From positions 41,402-105,401 of the forward strand of contig CAMCVS010000001.1 of assembly GCA_945881965.1 (NCBI GenBank): 64,000 nt of DNA, read 5' to 3'. The notes beneath the pieces are model-generated. The model did no database searches. It had not been told where the DNA came from and saw only the letters and a program-made list of their open reading frames with translations. The stretch is from Paracoccus haematequi. GTDB lineage: Bacteria > Pseudomonadota > Alphaproteobacteria > Rhodobacterales > Rhodobacteraceae. A program made the translations under genes and the position numbers. Below are positions 17,793 to 29,613 of this stretch, piece by piece (the stretch's first letter is position 1; each line of letters opens with the position of its first letter).

Positions 17793-20018
17793 TCAGACAA
17801 AGCTGATGGCGCGCGCCAAGGGCAGGCTGCGGATGCGTTGGCCGGTGGCGGCAAAGATCGCATTGGCCAGCGCAGGCGCGGCGGGTGGCACCGGGGGTTC
17901 ACCCGCGCCCCGGATCGGGCCGTCGGATTCCAGCCCCTGCACCAGGATTTCGGGGGCTTGCGGCAGGCGCAGGCTGGGATAGCTGTCGAAATTGGTCTGC
18001 TCGACCCGGCCCCCGGCATAGGTGATCTCGCCATACATGGCGTGACCCAGGCCCCAGATCACGCCGCCCTGCATCTGGTTTTCAAAGGTGACCGGATCGA
18101 CGATGCGCCCGACCTCCAGCGCGATGCAGACGCGGTCGATGCGGACACCTTGGGCCGTGACGGTCACGTCCACCACTTCCGCCACCGGCACGCCAAAGGA
18201 CATCACAAAGGCCAGGCCACGCCCCCGGCCCGCTGGCAGCGCGCTGCCCCAGCCGGACATCTGCCCCACGGCTTCCAGCACCCGGCGCGAGACCGGATCG
18301 CTGACCAGCCGCAACCGTTCCGCCAAGGGGTCAGCGCCTGCGGCGTGGATCGCCTCATCCAGCAGCGATTCGTGAAAGAACCCGTTGCCCGAGGCCCCGA
18401 CCGACCGCCAGGACGACACCGGCACCATGTCAGGCGCGCGATAGGCGGTGACGCGGTAATGCGGGATTGCGAACGGCTGATCGCCTGCGCCTTCGGCCAG
18501 CGTGGCATCCGCCCCGCCCGCAGGCAGGCCCCAGCGCGCGCCTTGCGATGCCACGACCGACGTGCCCGCGATGTCCAGCGCCAAGGCCTGCACCTGACCA
18601 TCAGCCACCACGGCGCGCCCGCGTGCAAGTGCCATCGGGCGGGGATAGCTTTGTGCCATATCCTCTTCGCGCGACCAGGTCATCTTGACCGGACGGTCCT
18701 GCGCGGCGCGCGCAAGCGCTGCGGCCTGTTCGACATAGTCATTTTCCAGCCGCCGTCCGAAACTGCCCCCGGCGGGCAGCGCATGCAGCGTCACCGCATC
18801 TTCGGACAGGCCTGCCGCATTGGCCGCCGCCGTGACCGCAAAACGCGGCACCTGCGTGGCGGTCCAGAGCGTCAGACGCCCATCAACCAGTTGCGCCGTC
18901 GCGGTCATCGGTTCCAACGGCGCATGGGCCAGATAGGGCACACTGTAATCCGCCGTGATCGCGGTGCCTTGGGCTGTGTCGGGGTCGCCCGCATCGCGCG
19001 GGCGGCTGTCCTGCCGGTCGGGGATGAAACTGGCGGCCAGAACCTCGGCCATGGCGGCGGTGGTTTCGGGATAGGGCGCAGGCCCCCAATCGGCCACCAC
19101 CGAATCCGCCGCCTGAAACGCGCGCCAGGTGTTGTCGGCCAGCACACCAAAGCCACCCGGCACCGGCACCACGTCGATCACGCCACGCATGGCGCGCGCC
19201 GCTGTCGCGTCAAAACCCCGGATGCCGCCGCCAAGCGCGGGGTTCGTGCGCACCGTGGCAAAGATCATCTCAGGCAGCGCCATGTCGATGCCATAGGCAA
19301 AGGCCCCGGTGGATTTCGCCACCATGTCGGGGCGCGCCATCGGCTTGCCGATCAGCCGCCATTGGTCAGGGTTACGCAGCACCACGTCCGTCACGGGGTC
19401 CAAAGTCGCCGCGCGCGCCGCCAGCGCGGTATAGGCGATGCGCCGCCCGTCGGGCAGCACAACCGCGCCCTTGTCCGTGGTCAGGTTCGCCACCGCCTCG
19501 CCGGTTTCCTGCGCTGCGGCCAGTTTCAGCGTCTCGCGCGCGACGGCCCCGGCATGGCGCAGCTTTTCCCACGCGTCCTTGACTGTCGATGACCCGCCGG
19601 TGACTTGCAGCCCCATCAGTTTCGCCACCGTCGCCCCGGTGCTGCGCATGGCGTTGACCATCAGGCCGTCGCCTTTGACGGTCGGCCCCAAGGCCTCGGC
19701 CAGCAGCGCGCCGTTGAAATAGGCCGCACTTGGCGGGCCGGGGTTCAGGCGCACGGCGTCCAGATCGACATCCAGCTCTTCCGCGATCAGCAGCGCTTGA
19801 AGATGCACGGCGCCCTGCCCCACCTCGGCGCGCGGCGTGATCAGGGTCACGGCGTCAGACGTGATCAGCACATAGGGGGTCAGGGCCGCAGCCCCCGCAG
19901 GCAATCCGTCCATGAGCGGATTGGCGGGGTCGCGCCGCACCTGCCAGACACCAAACGCCACCCCGCCCGCCAAGGCGGCCGACCCGATCAGAAACGCGCG
20001 TCTTGCAATCCCGGCCAT
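17793..20018 (-). CDS. Molybdopterin-dependent oxidoreductase large subunit (IorB / aldehyde-oxidase family), Tat signal
   Basis: 741 aa with an N-terminal twin-arginine-like ARRAFLIGSAALAGG. Xanthine-dehydrogenase-family blocks. It follows a 2Fe-2S subunit gene after a 3-nt gap. Confidence 0.9.
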   Translation of the reverse strand: MAGIARRAFLIGSAALAGGVAFGVWQVRRDPANPLMDGLPAGAAALTPYVLITSDAVTLITPRAEVGQGAVHLQALLIAEELDVDLDAVRLNPGPPSAAYFNGALLAEALGPTVKGDGLMVNAMRSTGATVAKLMGLQVTGGSSTVKDAWEKLRHAGAVARETLKLAAAQETGEAVANLTTDKGAVVLPDGRRIAYTALAARAATLDPVTDVVLRNPDQWRLIGKPMARPDMVAKSTGAFAYGIDMALPEMIFATVRTNPALGGGIRGFDATAARAMRGVIDVVPVPGGFGVLADNTWRAFQAADSVVADWGPAPYPETTAAMAEVLAASFIPDRQDSRPRDAGDPDTAQGTAITADYSVPYLAHAPLEPMTATAQLVDGRLTLWTATQVPRFAVTAAANAAGLSEDAVTLHALPAGGSFGRRLENDYVEQAAALARAAQDRPVKMTWSREEDMAQSYPRPMALARGRAVVADGQVQALALDIAGTSVVASQGARWGLPAGGADATLAEGAGDQPFAIPHYRVTAYRAPDMVPVSSWRSVGASGNGFFHESLLDEAIHAAGADPLAERLRLVSDPVSRRVLEAVGQMSGWGSALPAGRGRGLAFVMSFGVPVAEVVDVTVTAQGVRIDRVCIALEVGRIVDPVTFENQMQGGVIWGLGHAMYGEITYAGGRVEQTNFDSYPSLRLPQAPEILVQGLESDGPIRGAGEPPVPPAAPALANAIFAATGQRIRSLPLARAISFV

Positions 20019-20021
20019 GGT

Positions 20022-20483
20022 TCAGCCCCCTGTGCGAAGTGTGGCGGCGGCGGTTTTCACCGCCGCACGGATGCGGGGATAGGTGCCGCAACGGCACAGG
20101 TTGCCCTCCATCGCGGCATCAATGTCTGCATCCGTGGGGTCCGGCGTTTCCGCCAACAGCGACGCCGCCTGCATGATCTGCCCGGACTGGCAATAGCCAC
20201 ATTGCGCCACCTGATGCGCAACCCAGGCCGCTTGGACCGCGTGCAGCGCGGCGGGCGTGCCCAGCCCCTCGATCGTGGTCACCGGACCATCCACCGCGCC
20301 CACCGGCAGCGAACAGGACCGCACCGCCACGCCCGCGACATGCACCGTGCAGGCCCCGCATTGCGCGATGCCGCAGCCATATTTCGGCCCGTGGATGCCC
20401 AGCACATCCCGCAAGACCCACAACAGCGGCATGTCGTCTTCGACATCCACCTCATGCGGGGTTCCGTTGACAATCAGTTGCAT
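20022..20483 (-). CDS. (2Fe-2S)-binding small subunit (IorA-like)
   Basis: [12 protein letters not shown] and CGYCQSGQ...CRCGTY cluster motifs. Confidence 0.9.
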   Translation of the reverse strand: MQLIVNGTPHEVDVEDDMPLLWVLRDVLGIHGPKYGCGIAQCGACTVHVAGVAVRSCSLPVGAVDGPVTTIEGLGTPAALHAVQAAWVAHQVAQCGYCQSGQIMQAASLLAETPDPTDADIDAAMEGNLCRCGTYPRIRAAVKTAAATLRTGG

Positions 20484-20549
20484 GGCTCTCTCCTGATGAC
20501 GATACCTTAAGAATGAGCGCGCGCGCCGGAAAAATCCAGACTGATCAGT

Positions 20550-21464
20550 TCACTTTTCGCCATCCAGCAGCGCGCGGAACTCGCGCCATTCGCCCTTGGA
20601 CATGCCCGACGTGTCCTCGGTCACCGCCTCGCCCGCCAACATGCGGCGGATGCAGTCCAACCCGGTGCGTGACAGCGCAGCACCCCCCAGACGGTAATCA
20701 TCGAACGCGGCCCAGGTCAGCGGCACCCAATCGGCGACGATTTTGCAAATCGCCTCGGCATAAACGCGGATTTCGTACTGCGCATGGGTATCCGCCCGCA
20801 GCCGCAGGAAATGCAACAGGTTGTGCAGGTCGGTTTTCCAATACCATTGCGTATAAATGTTCGCGGGCAGGTTCATCCGCGCCAATTCGCGCGCCAGCCC
20901 CTGTTGGCCATCCTGCGAAATCATCGCCTCGTAACTATCATAGGCGCGGTTGGCATCTTCGGTCAGCAGCCGCAGCACGCGCGCGGCCTCGTCACCTTGC
21001 AGCGCAGCCCCCCGGCCTTGGTTGTTGACCACCGATTGCGCGGCCAATGCATCAGGCGCGGGGATGTAAAACTCGCGGTCAAGGATCGAATAGCGCGCGG
21101 AATATTCGTTCACATTGGCGGTGCGGTGCCGGATCCATTGCCGCGCCACGAAGACGGGAAGTTTGACGTGCAGCTTGATCTCGCACATCTCGAAGGGCGT
21201 CGAATGCCAGTGCCGCATCAGATAGCGGATCAACCCCGCGTCGTTCTGCACCGATTTGGTGCCCTTGCCGTAACTGACGCGCGCCGCCTGACAGATCGCG
21301 GCATCGTCGCCCATGTAATCCACCACGCGCACGAAACCGTGATCCAGCACCGGCTGCGCGGTGTACAGATACGCCTCGATGCCATCCGACACCGCGCGGC
21401 GTGTCGGGCGCGACACACTGCGTTCGGCTTCGATTTCGGCAAGCTGTTCGGGCGAAAGCGTCAT
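20550..21464 (-). CDS. thyX: FAD-dependent thymidylate synthase
   Basis: ThyX signature [15 protein letters not shown] (RHRxxxxxxxS) plus HSTPFE. Confidence 0.95.
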   Translation of the reverse strand: MTLSPEQLAEIEAERSVSRPTRRAVSDGIEAYLYTAQPVLDHGFVRVVDYMGDDAAICQAARVSYGKGTKSVQNDAGLIRYLMRHWHSTPFEMCEIKLHVKLPVFVARQWIRHRTANVNEYSARYSILDREFYIPAPDALAAQSVVNNQGRGAALQGDEAARVLRLLTEDANRAYDSYEAMISQDGQQGLARELARMNLPANIYTQWYWKTDLHNLLHFLRLRADTHAQYEIRVYAEAICKIVADWVPLTWAAFDDYRLGGAALSRTGLDCIRRMLAGEAVTEDTSGMSKGEWREFRALLDGEK

Positions 21465-21670
21465 GGCGGGATTCCCTTGCGGTGCGGCGAGTCGTCTTCC
21501 ACTCTATATTGCGTTTGGCCGGGTGCGACACCGCTTTACGCCACACTGCCGCTGTTGCCCGCCCTGCAACACAACATGAGCTTTCGCCGCCAACCTGCGG
21601 TCTTTCGTTGACAATTCACGCGGGCACAGGGATTTTAAGCGCAAATAAACCACCCGAATGGGGCAGAGCA

Positions 21671-22729
21671 GTGAAAATTCGCATTCCAACCGTGCTGGGC
21701 CTTGCCCTGATCCTGTCTGCATGCGGCGGGACCAACCCGTTTCGGGAAGAACCGGTCGTGACCCCGGTCGTCGAACCCGATCCGGACACCGGAACGCCAA
21801 TCGCGGGCGACCGCACCCTGCCGCCGGGCACGTCCAGCCCGTCGGCGGCCACCGGGTTGTTCCGCCGCGAACCTACCAGCGATGAAGACGCGGGGAACGG
21901 CACGCTTCAGACCATCACCCGCCTGCCCAATGACACGTTTGCCGTGACTGGATTGGCCTTTGATGGCGGCAACACCTATACCCGCACAGGTCCGGTCACC
22001 AGCCTTGGCCCCTATGCGGTCTATGAGGCGGCCAACCTTTACCCCGATCAGGTTACCAACACCGCCATTAACCAATTGACCCATCGCGCGCTGTATGGCG
22101 TGTCCCCCACAGGTGATGTCGGCTTTGCCATTGTGCGGACCGGGGCCTATGTCGGGTATGGCTTTGGCGGTTTCGTCTATCAGCGCAACGGATCGGTGAC
22201 GCTGCCGACCACCGGGCAGGCGACCTATGCCGGGGCTTATGCCGGTCTGCGCGATTTCGACGGTGTGGGGGGCCTTGAGTATTCCACCGGCACGATGCGG
22301 ATCGACATCGACTTTGACGCCTTCACGGGACAGACCGGAGCCGCACAGGCCGCCGTCAAAGGATCGGTCACGAACCGGCAGATTTTTGATATCAACGGCA
22401 ACCCCGTGACCCGCACCATTCTGGATGCGCTGGAAGCTGAACATGGGTTGCAATACGACAGCCTGCCCGCAATCATTTTCGAAATCGGCCCGAATGTCAT
22501 GGATTCGAACGGCGAGATCGTGGGCAACCATGCGAACTCGCTGAACACATCCACCGGGGCCATCGAATTTGAAACCGGGCAGTATTACGCCATTCTGTCT
22601 GGCGACGTGACGCAAGGCACAGCCAGCAATATCGTCGGCATCATCGTGACCACCAGCACGGCGGACGAGCGGTTTACCGGCGATGTGACGGTGCGCGAAA
22701 CCGGCGGTTTCATCCTCGGGCGTCAGTGA
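21671..22729 (+). CDS. Surface lipoprotein with TbpB/fHbp-like C-terminal beta-barrel (candidate Slam substrate)
   Basis: GTG start. Lipobox LILSAC/GG, then a Pro/Thr-rich linker. GQATYAGAYAGL...GTMRIDIDFDAFTG...VKGSV... ending ETGGFILGRQ resembles the transferrin-binding-protein-B-type lipoprotein fold. A DUF560 gene follows 5 nt downstream. Confidence 0.7.
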   Translation: MKIRIPTVLGLALILSACGGTNPFREEPVVTPVVEPDPDTGTPIAGDRTLPPGTSSPSAATGLFRREPTSDEDAGNGTLQTITRLPNDTFAVTGLAFDGGNTYTRTGPVTSLGPYAVYEAANLYPDQVTNTAINQLTHRALYGVSPTGDVGFAIVRTGAYVGYGFGGFVYQRNGSVTLPTTGQATYAGAYAGLRDFDGVGGLEYSTGTMRIDIDFDAFTGQTGAAQAAVKGSVTNRQIFDINGNPVTRTILDALEAEHGLQYDSLPAIIFEIGPNVMDSNGEIVGNHANSLNTSTGAIEFETGQYYAILSGDVTQGTASNIVGIIVTTSTADERFTGDVTVRETGGFILGRQ

Positions 22730-22733
22730 CCCG

Positions 22734-24131
22734 ATGTTCGGGCTGCTGCGGCTGGCCTTTCGCCTGACCCTGTTTCTGGTCATGCGTCCGATGTTGCTGA
22801 CAGTGGCGGCTGTGCTGGCCTGGGTTGCGCAGGCGGGGTTTGCACAGGTGCTGACCGCCGACGAGACGCGCCGCGCCGCGCTGGATGCGCTGCGCGCCCA
22901 GATGCCCGCCGATGCGCTGCTGCTGAGTTCGGCGCTGGTGGACCGCGATCCGCAGGATTTCACCGCGCTGTTGATCAAGGCGCGCGCGGCGCGCGATCTG
23001 GGGCGCTATCACCTTGCCAATGACGCCGCGCAGACCGCCTGGGCCACCGCCGATACCGACGCCGAACGCCATGCCAGCGCGCTGATCCGCGCCCAGGCAC
23101 TGGCCAGCGACGGGCGGCGCACGGCGGCGCAGTTGTGGTTGCGGCGCGCGGTGGAATATGCCCCCGATGATCAGGCGCGCGCGCTGGCCATCCGCGATTT
23201 TCGCTATGTCCGGGCGCGTAACCCGCTGGCGGTGGACCTGCGGTTCGGCATCACGCCCAAATCCAACATCAACAACGGGTCTGCGCGCAGCACGGCGCGG
23301 CTGTTCGGTCTGCCGTTCGACCTGCAATTGCGCGGGGCCGCGCGCGCCTTGTCGGGCATCGAGACTGCGGCCGGGGCCGGACTGCGCTATCGGGTGTCCG
23401 AAAGCCGTCAGCATGCGACCGACCTGCAATTCAACCTCGATAGCCGCCACTATCGTCTGACGGACGACGCGCGCGCGATTGCGCCGACTGCCAAGGGGTC
23501 GGATTTCGCGCAGACCGTGATCGCTACGGGGGTTCTGCACCGCTGGACCCCCGAGGGCGCGCGCGCGGAACGCCAGGTCGGGCTTGAAGCGGGGCGGCTG
23601 TGGTATGGCGGCGATCCCTATGCCGATTTCCTGCGCGGCTCGGTCGGGCTGACGGTGGCGCTGCCCAAGGGCGCGCGGCTGACCCCGGCCATCGGTCTTG
23701 AGATGAACCGTGGCCCCGCCGCACCTTGGTCCGATGTGGCGCGGGTCTCGCTGGGATGGACGGCGGCGGCGACAAAGGCGGGGCAATTGTCGCTGTCGAT
23801 GGCGGTCACCGACAGCCGGTCGGATGTGGCCAGCGCCGAATACGCCGATGTGACGCTGGGGATGGATTACGCGCTGGCGCGGCCCTTGCTGGGGGCGCAG
23901 GCGCTGGTGTCGTTCGACCTGCGCGACCGCGCTTATCCGCGATCCGCCGTCGCCCCCGGCCCGCGCGATGACCGGTCCGCAGCGGCGGCGGTGTCCCTGA
24001 CGTTCGACCGCGCGCAATACATGGGATTTGCACCGGTCGTCACCCTGTCGGCGCGGCAGAATGCGTCGACGGTCGATCTGTATGACACCCGCGATATCGG
24101 AATATCGGTCGGGTTCCGGTCGGCCTTCTGA
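22734..24131 (+). CDS. DUF560 / Slam-type outer-membrane beta-barrel (type XI secretion) with N-terminal TPR-like region
   Basis: 465 aa. Signal peptide, then an Ala-rich helical repeat region (LGRYHLANDAAQTAW...AAQLWLRRAVEYAPDD). The C-terminal half has alternating beta-strands and ends in an aromatic residue (GFRSAF), as OMP barrels do. Confidence 0.7.
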   Translation: MFGLLRLAFRLTLFLVMRPMLLTVAAVLAWVAQAGFAQVLTADETRRAALDALRAQMPADALLLSSALVDRDPQDFTALLIKARAARDLGRYHLANDAAQTAWATADTDAERHASALIRAQALASDGRRTAAQLWLRRAVEYAPDDQARALAIRDFRYVRARNPLAVDLRFGITPKSNINNGSARSTARLFGLPFDLQLRGAARALSGIETAAGAGLRYRVSESRQHATDLQFNLDSRHYRLTDDARAIAPTAKGSDFAQTVIATGVLHRWTPEGARAERQVGLEAGRLWYGGDPYADFLRGSVGLTVALPKGARLTPAIGLEMNRGPAAPWSDVARVSLGWTAAATKAGQLSLSMAVTDSRSDVASAEYADVTLGMDYALARPLLGAQALVSFDLRDRAYPRSAVAPGPRDDRSAAAAVSLTFDRAQYMGFAPVVTLSARQNASTVDLYDTRDIGISVGFRSAF

Positions 24132-24188
24132 CCTCGACATGGCGCGAAATGCGCCTATCGTGCAGGTGACACAACCGCGAGGGCACCG

Positions 24189-24617
24189 ATGAAACTGCGT
24201 TATTTGCACACGATGGTCCGGGTCAAGGATCTGGAAAAATCCATGGCGTTCTATGAACTGCTCGGGCTGAAAAAGACCCGGCATTATGACAGCGCCGAGG
24301 GGCGGTTCACGCTGATTTTCCTCGCGCCCGAGGGCCAGGACGAGTGCCCCATCGAGTTGACCTATAACTGGGATGGCGATGACGGGCTGCCCAGCGACAG
24401 CCGCCATTTCGGCCATCTGGCCTATGGCGTCGAAGATATCTACGCGATGTGCCAGCACCTGATGGACAACGGCGTGACGATCAACCGCCCGCCGCGCGAC
24501 GGGCGGATGGCGTTTGTGCGCTCGCCCGACAATATCTCAATCGAATTGTTGCAGATCGGCGAGGCGCTGCCCAAGGCCGAACCTTGGGCGTCGATGCCCA
24601 GCGTCGGGCATTGGTAA
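24189..24617 (+). CDS. gloA: Lactoylglutathione lyase (glyoxalase I)
   Basis: LHTMVRVKDLEKSMAFYELLGL...IELTYNW...FGHLAYGVEDIY...GRMAFVRSPDNISIELLQ. Confidence 0.9.
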   Translation: MKLRYLHTMVRVKDLEKSMAFYELLGLKKTRHYDSAEGRFTLIFLAPEGQDECPIELTYNWDGDDGLPSDSRHFGHLAYGVEDIYAMCQHLMDNGVTINRPPRDGRMAFVRSPDNISIELLQIGEALPKAEPWASMPSVGHW

Positions 24618-25396
24618 GGGCCATCGCACTGGCCCTGGCGCTGGTGGCGGCGGGGCCCGCGTCGGCCTGCCGGTTGGCGTTGCTGCTGGCGCTGGATATC
24701 TCGGCCTCGGTCGATGCGCGCGAGGACGCGCTGCAACGGCAGGGGTTGGCCCGCGCCTTGGCCGCGCCCGAGGTCGAGGCGGCGCTTCTGTCGGGTGGCG
24801 GACCCGTTGCGCTGTCGGTGTTCGAATGGAGCGGGCGGGTCCAGCAGGACATGATCCTGCCGTGGGTGCTGCTGGACAGCCCCGCCGCGATCCGGGGCGC
24901 CGCGGACCGGATCAGGACCAGCCGCCGCAGCTATGCCGATTTTCCCACCGCTGCGGGACGGATGCTGGAATTTGCCGAGACACGGTTCGCGCTTGCCCCG
25001 GCCTGTGACGCGCAGACGCTGGATGTGTCCGGCGACGGCATCAGCAATGACGGCCCCGACCCACGCGCGGTCTATGCGGTGGGCGGGTTGGCGGGCGTGA
25101 CGGTCAACGGACTTGCCATCGTGGTGCCGCGCGGCATGGGCAGCGATCATGGCGACGAAGGCGCGTCAATCGGGCTGGCCGACTGGTATCAGGCCGAATT
25201 GATCCGTGGCCCCGGCGCGTTTGTCGAGGTGGCCGATGGGTTCGACGGGTTCGAACGTGCGATGCGGCGCAAACTGGTGCGCGAAACGGCAGTTCAGGTG
25301 GGCGCGCTGTCGCCCACGACACTGGGGCCCACAACACAGGCGCAAACGACACTGGCGCCCAAAACACTGGCGCCCAAAACACTGGCGCGCCGTTAA
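24611..25396 (+). CDS. DUF1194 (vWA-like) secreted protein with a C-terminal (TLAPK)n repeat
   Basis: CRLALLLALDISASVD (MIDAS-like DxSxS), VSGDGISNDG, and LADWYQAELIRGPGAFVE. The start is uncertain (TTG at 24611 or 24584) and overlaps the gloA end. Confidence 0.65.
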   Translation: MVRAIALALALVAAGPASACRLALLLALDISASVDAREDALQRQGLARALAAPEVEAALLSGGGPVALSVFEWSGRVQQDMILPWVLLDSPAAIRGAADRIRTSRRSYADFPTAAGRMLEFAETRFALAPACDAQTLDVSGDGISNDGPDPRAVYAVGGLAGVTVNGLAIVVPRGMGSDHGDEGASIGLADWYQAELIRGPGAFVEVADGFDGFERAMRRKLVRETAVQVGALSPTTLGPTTQAQTTLAPKTLAPKTLARR

Positions 25397-25406
25397 GCCG
25401 GGTCGG

Positions 25407-25940
25407 TCAATAGATATAGCGGATCTGGTCGGTCCAGAACCGTTCCAGCCGTTTCAGCGCCGATGTCACGCTGTCCAGCCCATCCGGCCCGAGGATACCG
25501 CGCGTTTCCATGCCATCGGCGTGGCGGCGGAACAGGGTGGCCACCATGTCGCGCACCTGCCGCCCCTTTGCGGTCAGCCGCACCCGTACCGACCGGCGGT
25601 CAATCTCGCAGCGCTGGTGGTGCATATACCCCATATCGACCAGCTTTTTCAGGTTATAGCTGACGTTCGATCCCTGGTAATAGCCGCGCGTTTTCAATTC
25701 GCCCGCTGTCACCTCTTGTTCGCCGATGTTGAACAACAACAACGCCTGCACAGCGTTCACTTCCAACACGCCGACGCGTTCAAACTCATCCTTGATCACA
25801 TCCAAAAGCAGCCGGTGCAGCCGTTCCACAAGGCTGAGCGCCTCAAGGTAACCGGGCAAGGTGGTGGACATCGCAGGTGTCGGTGCGGGGCCGGTGGTGA
25901 CCGGACGCGGAGCCGGTTGAAGGGGGGCATGCAGGCTCAT
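25407..25940 (-). CDS. MarR-family transcriptional regulator (LdtR-like)
   Basis: Winged HTH: VTAGELKTRGYYQGSNVSYNLKKLVDMGYMHHQRCEIDRRSVRVRLTAKG. The start may instead be the internal Met at 25871. Confidence 0.85.
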   Translation of the reverse strand: MSLHAPLQPAPRPVTTGPAPTPAMSTTLPGYLEALSLVERLHRLLLDVIKDEFERVGVLEVNAVQALLLFNIGEQEVTAGELKTRGYYQGSNVSYNLKKLVDMGYMHHQRCEIDRRSVRVRLTAKGRQVRDMVATLFRRHADGMETRGILGPDGLDSVTSALKRLERFWTDQIRYIY

Positions 25941-26023
25941 GGCGGTCTCCGTCGCTGGGCGCTTGGGAATGGACCATGGGGGCTAAAGCCTACGTTTCAG
26001 TTAAACCCGCCGGGAACATCTAA

Positions 26024-27631
<1,608 letters not shown>

Positions 27632-27687
27632 ATACACTATCGGGTAAGGCGGGACCGCACAGCGCGGGAACCGATCAGGGGGGCTGG

Positions 27688-28110
27688 ATGTCAGGGGATC
27701 TGCCGGACTATTATTTCCGGGTGCGTGAAAACGGCGCGCTGGTGTTTCGCGTCGATACCGAAAACCGCCAGCGGCGGATCGAGATGGACCAGATCGCCAT
27801 CATCAACATCCGCAATGGCGAGATCAAACAACACGGCGACCGGCAACTGAACGCCGAAGATATATCGGTCATTCGTGACTGGATGGAAAAGCGGGTCGCG
27901 CAACTGGCGGCGCGCGATATCGACGACATCTTCCGCGCCGTGGATTACATGAACCAGACCACGCAATGGGTGCAGACCAAGGCGACGGATGCGCAGCTTG
28001 ATCTGGTCACCGATGCGCTGCTGCTGGCGATGCATGACCTGCGGTCGGTGCTGGTGCGCAAAAAGGCCGACCGGATGCTGTCCGCGCTGGACACCTCTGC
28101 AGCGGACTAG
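27688..28110 (+). CDS. Hypothetical protein (no family recognised)
   Basis: 140-aa ORF with coding-like composition and no overlap with neighbours. GGGGGG lies upstream of the ATG. Confidence 0.55.
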   Translation: MSGDLPDYYFRVRENGALVFRVDTENRQRRIEMDQIAIINIRNGEIKQHGDRQLNAEDISVIRDWMEKRVAQLAARDIDDIFRAVDYMNQTTQWVQTKATDAQLDLVTDALLLAMHDLRSVLVRKKADRMLSALDTSAAD

Positions 28111-28140
28111 GGGCGCAGGACGAGGGGCGAAGGCCAGGGA

Positions 28141-29541
28141 TCAGGCCCCCAGCGGCTTTCGTGACAGCCGGGGCAGCGCGATGCGCCAGAACCGCAGCAT
28201 CATGAACCCGCCCGCCACGGCCAGACCGGCGGCAAGCCCCAGCCAGACACCGACGCCGCCCAGCCCCAACGGGAACCCCAGCACATAGGCCAGTGGCGCG
28301 CCCACGGCCCAATAGGCCACCGTGGCGATGATCGCGGGCACGCGGGTGTCCTGCACCCCGCGCAACAGGCCCAGCGCCATCACCTGCGCCGCATCGGCCA
28401 TTTGGAACAGCGCTGCCGCCGCCATCAGCACCACGCCAATCACGATCACCGCCGCGCGGTCGGGATCATCCGCCGACAGGAACGCGCCCACCATCGGGCC
28501 GGGCACCACGACAAAGGCGACCATGGTCAGCACCGCGAACACCATCGAAATCGCCACGACCACCTGCGCGCCGCGCTTCAGCCCCGCCAGATCGCCGCTG
28601 CCAAGCGCGCGCCCCGACCGCACGGTTGCCACATTGGCCAGCCCGACATGCAACATGAAGGTCATCGACGACAGTTGCAACGCGATGCCATGCGCCGCCA
28701 GCGGTATCGTCCCGAGCCACCCCATCATCACGGACGCCGCCGAAAACAGCCCCACCTCTGCCACCGAGGTTACGCCGATGGGCCAGCCCAGCCGGAACAC
28801 GCGCGCCAGCGCATCCGGGTCTGGCCGCCAGAAGCGCACAAAAATCTGGTGCTGCGGCGTGACGCGGATCACATAGACGATCACCACCATCGCCGAGACG
28901 ATCTGCGACGCGACCGACGCCCAGGCTGCGCCGACGATCCCCATCTCGGGCGCGCCCCAGTTGCCAAAGATCAACGCCCAGTTTGCCAGAATGTTCATCA
29001 CCACGGCGGCCAGTGTTGCCAGCAGCACGACCTGTGTTCGCTCCAGCGCAGCCAGATAGCTTTTCAACACCATCACCAGAAGCGCCGGAAAGATCGACCA
29101 GCCCGCCACCGCCAGATAGGCCCCGGCACCTGCGGCCAGCGCAGGTTCCTGTCCCAGCCAGCCCAGCACGGTTTCCGCGCCCAGCATCAGGGGAAGCGTG
29201 AGGACGGAATACCCCAGCGTCAGCCAGATCGCCATGCGGGTGACGCGGCGCACCTGTGCCGTCTCGCCTGCCGCTTCGGCTTCGGCCACCATCGGCATCA
29301 CGGCATGGGCAAAGCCCGAGCCGAAGATGAACAGGATAAACCAATACATCGACCCCAGCACCTGCGCCGCCAAGGCTTCGACATCATACCAGCCCAGCAT
29401 CAGCGAATCGGTCAGCCAGATCGAGGTCTGCGCCAGATGGCTGGCAATCAGCGGCAGGCCAAGCGTCAGGATCGCGCGCACATGGTCGCGCGTGGATTCT
29501 GGCTGTGCGGGCACCGCCGCAAGGGTGTCATGGTGGGTCAT
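28141..29541 (-). CDS. MATE-family efflux transporter
   Basis: 466 aa with 12 predicted TM helices and the N-terminal ILTLGLPLIASHLAQTSIWLTDSLMLG pattern of NorM/DinF-type MATE pumps. Confidence 0.9.
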   Translation of the reverse strand: MTHHDTLAAVPAQPESTRDHVRAILTLGLPLIASHLAQTSIWLTDSLMLGWYDVEALAAQVLGSMYWFILFIFGSGFAHAVMPMVAEAEAAGETAQVRRVTRMAIWLTLGYSVLTLPLMLGAETVLGWLGQEPALAAGAGAYLAVAGWSIFPALLVMVLKSYLAALERTQVVLLATLAAVVMNILANWALIFGNWGAPEMGIVGAAWASVASQIVSAMVVIVYVIRVTPQHQIFVRFWRPDPDALARVFRLGWPIGVTSVAEVGLFSAASVMMGWLGTIPLAAHGIALQLSSMTFMLHVGLANVATVRSGRALGSGDLAGLKRGAQVVVAISMVFAVLTMVAFVVVPGPMVGAFLSADDPDRAAVIVIGVVLMAAAALFQMADAAQVMALGLLRGVQDTRVPAIIATVAYWAVGAPLAYVLGFPLGLGGVGVWLGLAAGLAVAGGFMMLRFWRIALPRLSRKPLGA

Positions 29542-29613
29542 TCCCCCCGCTTAGGGCCGTGGCGCGACAGTGACAAGACAAGCGACGGTATCCGGGCGGG
29601 GCTTGGCCGCTGC

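Noticed and set aside
17394-19592. 732-aa plus-strand ORF opposite the IorB-like gene
   Set aside because: The translation is Arg/Gly/His/Pro-rich with no motifs. It lies entirely antisense to a well-supported 741-aa molybdoenzyme gene.
21635-24458. Minus-strand ORFs 21635..22978 (447 aa) and 22710..24458 (582 aa)
   Set aside because: They are antisense to the lipoprotein and Slam genes and give Arg/Gly/Pro-rich shadow translations. The plus-strand products have a lipobox, a signal peptide and an OMP terminus.
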